Below are positions 59,991 to 64,000 of a DNA stretch of 64,000 nucleotides, in pieces (the stretch's first letter is position 1; each line of letters starts with the position of its first letter). The translations under genes were made by a program, and so were the position numbers. The notes beneath the pieces were generated by a model. It was given only the letters and a program-made list of their open reading frames with translations. It was not told the origin of the DNA and made no database searches. The DNA comes from an uncultured Candidatus Saccharibacteria bacterium (GTDB taxonomy: Bacteria > Patescibacteriota > Doudnabacteria > UBA920): NCBI GenBank assembly GCA_964416765.1, contig CAYQEU010000002.1:14877-78876 (forward strand), given 5' to 3'.

Positions 59991-60536
59991 TTAAATACAA
60001 GGAGGTTGTCCTACGCCACCGCAAGCAGTGCCGTTTCCATTATTGCTGTTGCCACCGCTGTTATTACCGCCGCCATTGTTGGTGTTAACAGTGCCATTTC
60101 CACCTCCGCCTGTTCCGTTGGCACCGTTGCGGACGAAAGTAAGAACAGCGTTAACTATGACAAACGACAACAACACAATAACCAAACCAATTAAAGCATA
60201 AATCAAAGTTTGCCGGCCGGCTGTGGCTTTTTCCTCATTGCCCGCGGAAGTGATGTACTGGTAACCACCGTAGATGACCATAATAACCGCGACGGCGAAA
60301 GCAATACCAAGGGCAATATTAATAATCTGGCCAAAAATTTCTGCTGGCGTTTTGCCAGAGAAAACAGTGTTGGGATAAGAATTGCCGGTAGAGTTTTTTA
60401 ACTGGTTTAGCCCGTCACCCACGCCGTCAGCATGGCTCAAAGCTGGAGCAACGAGCAAAACAGAAAAGCTGGCCATAAGGGCAGCGATGAACAAGATGGC
60501 TTTGCGGAAAGTTTTTTGTGTAGTCATGGGTTTCAA
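59991..60536 (-). CDS. T4SS-pilin-like paralog 2 (181 aa) with a Gly/Asn-rich, Cys-containing C-terminal tail.
   Basis: 'VIMVIYGGYQYITSAGNEEKATAGRQTLIYALIGLVIVLLSFVIVNAV', then '...GNGTACGGVGQPPCI'. Confidence 0.7.
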   Translation of the reverse strand: MKPMTTQKTFRKAILFIAALMASFSVLLVAPALSHADGVGDGLNQLKNSTGNSYPNTVFSGKTPAEIFGQIINIALGIAFAVAVIMVIYGGYQYITSAGNEEKATAGRQTLIYALIGLVIVLLSFVIVNAVLTFVRNGANGTGGGGNGTVNTNNGGGNNSGGNSNNGNGTACGGVGQPPCI

Positions 60537-60595
60537 TCCCAGCGGGCCAAATGTTTGGCCAGCCGAGACTGACCCGCACAGAGTGCGGGACAGGG

Positions 60596-61012
60596 CTAGG
60601 TGTTGTTTGCCACGAAGCGGTAAACAGCACTGACAATTACGAAAGATAATACAATAACCACTATACCAATAAGGGAGTAAACAATAGCATTCTTCCCTTT
60701 TTCAGCAGACTCCTCGTTACCAGCGGATGTAATGTACAGGAAGCCGCCGTAGATCAAATAAATAACAGCAACGAAGAACGCGATACCCAGGGCATAGTTG
60801 ATGATAGTCTTAAAGAGACTAGGCAAATCAACGTTTTGGTCACAACGAACCCCGGTACCCTGACACTGGTTGGTAAAGTTGTTGATGTAAGGGGTCTGAG
60901 CTGTAGCGTGGCCGCTAAAAGCGAATGGAGCAAGGGCGATAACCATTACTACCACCATCTGAGCTACTACTAACCAATTTGTCTTTTTTAGAAGTTGTTT
61001 CAATTGTTTCAC
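60596..61012 (-). CDS. T4SS-pilin-like paralog 3 (138 aa).
   Basis: Cys loop 'CQGTGVRC', then 'VIYLIYGGFLYITSAGNEESAEKGKNAIVYSLIGIVVIVLSFVIVSAV'. Confidence 0.7.
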   Translation of the reverse strand: MKQLKQLLKKTNWLVVAQMVVVMVIALAPFAFSGHATAQTPYINNFTNQCQGTGVRCDQNVDLPSLFKTIINYALGIAFFVAVIYLIYGGFLYITSAGNEESAEKGKNAIVYSLIGIVVIVLSFVIVSAVYRFVANNT

Positions 61013-61108
61013 CCCCTTCCGGGATTACATAAGCCTGCGGGTATAGGCTTATGAAGGATGGCTAGTTCAAAAATCACTGATAAAATCGTACCATATTTCC
61101 CGCGATTT

Positions 61109-61525
61109 TCAAAACGCTTTGCCGTTAACAAACAGATTGATAACAATATTTACCAATGCCGCGGCCATCATGGCTACCGCAAGTCCAATCACCGCGTAGA
61201 GCACGGTTTGCTTTCCGGCGTCAGCCTGTTCCTGGTTACCAGCCGAAGTAATGTAGCGGTAACCGCCAACAATAATCATAATCATGGTTCCACCACCGAT
61301 CAGAAGGAAAATGATGTTTAGGATGTAGCGGATCAGACCAACTGCGGTACAGTATTGGGGGAGGGTGTCGGTGACATTCGAAAACTCTCCGCCGTACTTA
61401 TCAAACGTGCCCTTCAGCTTGTCACAGCCTCCTGAGGCAGCTAAAGCCGGAAGTGGCAAGAAGCTTGTCGAAAGTAAAGTGAAGACTAACACCAAAAAAG
61501 TAGTAATGAGAAGTTTTGCTTGCAT
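61109..61525 (-). CDS. T4SS-pilin-like paralog 4 (138 aa).
   Basis: Cys pair 'GGCDK...PQYC', then 'MIIVGGYRYITSAGNQEQADAGKQTVLYAVIGLAVAMMAAALVNIV'. Confidence 0.7.
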   Translation of the reverse strand: MQAKLLITTFLVLVFTLLSTSFLPLPALAASGGCDKLKGTFDKYGGEFSNVTDTLPQYCTAVGLIRYILNIIFLLIGGGTMIMIIVGGYRYITSAGNQEQADAGKQTVLYAVIGLAVAMMAAALVNIVINLFVNGKAF

Positions 61526-62373
61526 TACTTTGAAAGTAAGTTTTGGACAACGGACACCAGGCTGTATGCCATTAGTGCAACTATCAAACCGGCAATCGCC
61601 CAGATTATGGTCTGCTTACCCTTAGTGATAGACTCCTGATTGCCCTGAGAGAAGACCAAGCGAACACCGCCGATGACTATAACCAACAACGCCATCAAGC
61701 CAATTAGAAAAAAGAATCCTCGCAGTACCCACACCACCAACTCCGGAAATGTGTCTATATTGATTGGATTATTGAGCGAACCCACATTTTTGTCGAAATC
61801 CGAATTGCTCACATTACCGCAACCTTCACCGGTACAGCCATTGCCAGGAGCATTGTTAGCCGGGGTGTTGTTAATAGGTGGGGTACCCGCTTTCTCTACC
61901 GTGGCTGTTTCTCCCTTATGCAGAATAACGGAAGGATTGTCGGAACTTATTACTTCCGGATGCATGATTATTCTGCCGCCTACTTGAAAATGATTAAAAG
62001 GATAAGTTACGCTTTTGACTATGTAATATACTTTGGACTTTGTGTCATATGTCCATTTGTTTCCTGGCGCGCTCATCTCGAGATAATGAGTATTTACGCT
62101 ACCCGAGTCTATGATCACGTACCATTGCAGCTTGGATAATTCCGCTTCGGCTGCCGCTCCCTTGGTACAATTTTTTGCTGCTAAGCTGTAGCTATATTCA
62201 ACAGGAGTGGTTTCTTCCTCAGCTACCGCGGGAATGATATTAAGCCCTATTACCAGATCGCCTGGGCCGGTACAAGCTTGGGCCGCATGGGGACGTGTGG
62301 CAAAGTAAGACCCGCTAAACACTATAAGTGCTACTAACCCCAAAAGTAAACTCTGTTTATATTTTTTTATCAT
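61525..62373 (-). CDS. T4SS-pilin-like paralog 5 (282 aa) with an additional N-terminal domain of about 150 aa.
   Basis: Cys loop 'GCTGEGC', then 'LVIVIGGVRLVFSQGNQESITKGKQTIIWAIAGLIVALMAYSLVSVV'. ATGA-coupled to paralog 4. Confidence 0.65.
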   Translation of the reverse strand: MIKKYKQSLLLGLVALIVFSGSYFATRPHAAQACTGPGDLVIGLNIIPAVAEEETTPVEYSYSLAAKNCTKGAAAEAELSKLQWYVIIDSGSVNTHYLEMSAPGNKWTYDTKSKVYYIVKSVTYPFNHFQVGGRIIMHPEVISSDNPSVILHKGETATVEKAGTPPINNTPANNAPGNGCTGEGCGNVSNSDFDKNVGSLNNPINIDTFPELVVWVLRGFFFLIGLMALLVIVIGGVRLVFSQGNQESITKGKQTIIWAIAGLIVALMAYSLVSVVQNLLSK

Positions 62374-62394
62374 ATTAATTGAGTTTATTAATTT

Positions 62395-63669
62395 CTAACG
62401 CCGGACAAGGGTGCTGGCTTGGTTTTCTGCCTGTCCCAAAGCCTCATCAACGGATTTATTATTCAAGATAACAGCATCAATCATCTTGTTGAGAATATCA
62501 TTCATCTTGGCTTCATCGGGCTTGTAGAAAGATTTGGCTGTTAAGTTGGCGTTGGCAAAAACCCCGATTTCCAAATCCGGTATCTGTAGGGCAATTAAAT
62601 CACGGCGGGATGAAGGAACTTTGGACTTGGCGTAGTATTTATCCAGCGCATCTTTAGTGGTGGCAAAATGCAGGAAATCCCAAGCGGTATCCGCGTTAGG
62701 ACTCTGTTTGCTCACCACTTCGCCGAAGTAATTGGCAAAATTAACCGAGTTACCGTCTAAATTGTACTGTGGCACCGGTGCAACATCAAAATTCAGGTTT
62801 GGTGATTTGGCGATAATCTGTTGTCGGGCGTAAGTGTAACTGTAAAGGAAAGCAGTGCGCCCATTCGCAAAGGCATCAATGGAATAGTCACTGCGCAGGT
62901 TCCAGGAGTAGTTATCGTTTGAGGGAGTAGCAAATGATGTATAAAACCTTAAGGCAGTCCGGCCCTCTGGGCTATTAAACTTTGGACTTAGGCCATCCGC
63001 CGACCAAGGGATCGAACCCGCCTGAAGCATAAACAACGCCACAATATCCTGTGCGCGGTTAATATTAGAGCTGGTTCCCAGGGCCACGCCACTGCGTGAA
63101 AAGTAACCAGTTTGGTCCTGACGCGCAATTTTCCTGACATCGCCCTGCAGCTCCGCCCATGTTTTGGGTGGGGCAACAATTCCGACCGTACCCAAAATGT
63201 CCTTATTATAGTAGAGGGCCAGGGAATCAACTGAAAGCGCGGTCCCGTAAACTTTTTGGTCCTTACTGAAATCCTTTACCACAACATCAACAAAATTATC
63301 GTGGAATTCCTTGTAGGAGAATTGGGTATCCTTCGCAGCGGTGATCTTATCTATATATTTAGGCAGCCAGGTATTGTTGATGGAAAAAATATCGGGACCG
63401 TTACCGGCAGCCAAAGCATTCAGCAAATCGCTTTCGTAATTGTTGATGTCCGGCGACTTATATTCAAAAGACACGTTAGGGTGAAGCTTGGTGTATTCAT
63501 CCGTCAAGACGTGCATGTATTCTTCTGATACAAAGGGCTTCCAAATAGTCAGTTTAACTTCCTTTGAAGTCGGGCCAATTTTAGTACCGCAACCCACGCC
63601 AACCACAGCGACCAACGCAAGCATGGCGGCGAGACGAGTAAACGATTTTGCAAAACTTATTTTTTTCAT
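62395..63669 (-). CDS. ABC transporter substrate-binding lipoprotein (family 1 extracellular solute-binding protein, sugar-type).
   Basis: Lipobox 'VGVGCG'. SBP_bac_1-like length and pattern ('DIFSINNTWLPKY', 'ALYYNKD'). Confidence 0.75.
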   Translation of the reverse strand: MKKISFAKSFTRLAAMLALVAVVGVGCGTKIGPTSKEVKLTIWKPFVSEEYMHVLTDEYTKLHPNVSFEYKSPDINNYESDLLNALAAGNGPDIFSINNTWLPKYIDKITAAKDTQFSYKEFHDNFVDVVVKDFSKDQKVYGTALSVDSLALYYNKDILGTVGIVAPPKTWAELQGDVRKIARQDQTGYFSRSGVALGTSSNINRAQDIVALFMLQAGSIPWSADGLSPKFNSPEGRTALRFYTSFATPSNDNYSWNLRSDYSIDAFANGRTAFLYSYTYARQQIIAKSPNLNFDVAPVPQYNLDGNSVNFANYFGEVVSKQSPNADTAWDFLHFATTKDALDKYYAKSKVPSSRRDLIALQIPDLEIGVFANANLTAKSFYKPDEAKMNDILNKMIDAVILNNKSVDEALGQAENQASTLVRR

Positions 63670-63697
63670 TGTTGTTTATTTTGGTTTAAGTTTCAGG

Positions 63698-64000
63698 TTA
63701 AAGTGGTAGCTGTTTTAAGTAATCGGAAAAGTCTTTATTTAGCTCGTTGTGCTTCAAACCGAATTCCACTACCGCTTTCAAGTATTCCAATTTGTTACCG
63801 CAGTCATAGTATTGGCCGTTCTTAATTTCGGTAGCGTAACATGTCTTTCCCTGCTGCAGCATGATTTCCACCGCATTGAAGTAACCATTCTCTCCAGTCA
63901 GCGCGCCGCTTTTTAACTTCGCCATAGCTTCTTCAATTGCCGGGAATACATCCGGTTCATACAACGCGCCCGAAAGTGCATAATGGTTTCGGTCTAAGGG
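63698..64000 (-). CDS. galU: UTP-glucose-1-phosphate uridylyltransferase (GalU), C-terminal part; the gene continues beyond the window.
   Basis: '...GYFNAVEIMLQQGKTCYATEIKNGQYYDCGNKLEYLKAVVEFGLKH' matches the GalU C-terminal region. The frame is open to the window edge. Confidence 0.65.
   Translation of the reverse strand, partial: PLDRNHYALSGALYEPDVFPAIEEAMAKLKSGALTGENGYFNAVEIMLQQGKTCYATEIKNGQYYDCGNKLEYLKAVVEFGLKHNELNKDFSDYLKQLPL

Overview
The window is almost entirely minus-strand coding and looks like a chromosomal segment of a monoderm-type, probably uncultivated (Patescibacteria/CPR-like) bacterium with about 50% GC, standard genetic code, and few Shine-Dalgarno sites. Several promoters appear to be leaderless. 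There are three blocks. (i) Positions 1-3200 hold a minimal type IV pilus module (pilM-pilN-pilO plus a small membrane protein). Next to it, tRNA-Ile(GAT) and tRNA-Ala(TGC) sit outside any rRNA operon with a small membrane ORF between them. (ii) Positions 3200-34000 are a cell-surface island. Two independent clusters each combine WxL-like secreted proteins with a DUF916/CscA-like C-terminally anchored protein (Firmicutes Csc-type architecture). Each cluster is followed by very large Thr/Gly/Ser-rich beta-helical surface proteins. One of 1503 aa and one of 879 aa share N- and C-terminal modules, and one 3293-aa giant carries at least 16 autotransporter-associated beta-strand (PATR-like) repeats. 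The same operon also holds an FN3 protein and a small HTH regulator. (iii) Positions 34000-64000 are housekeeping. A stand-alone 16S rRNA has no linked 23S, spacer tRNA or 5S and is followed by a JmjC/cupin oxygenase. After that come alkA-like, dnaQ-like exonuclease, clpP, nusA, yraN, a methyltransferase, ymdB, rny and rplS-rluD-trmD-khpA. Then a 1137-aa FN3/DUF11-like secreted protein sits between khpA and rpsP. The block ends with dedA, smc, rnc, tRNA-Val, ftsH, tRNA-Leu, a tandem array of five diversified T4SS-pilin-like small proteins, a sugar ABC substrate-binding lipoprotein and a partial galU. A recurrent extended -10 promoter motif (ATGTGCTATAAT / TGCTATACT) occurs in at least 7 intergenic regions. 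No CRISPR, IS or prophage signatures were seen. Most plus-strand ORFs in the track are shadow ORFs of minus-strand genes.
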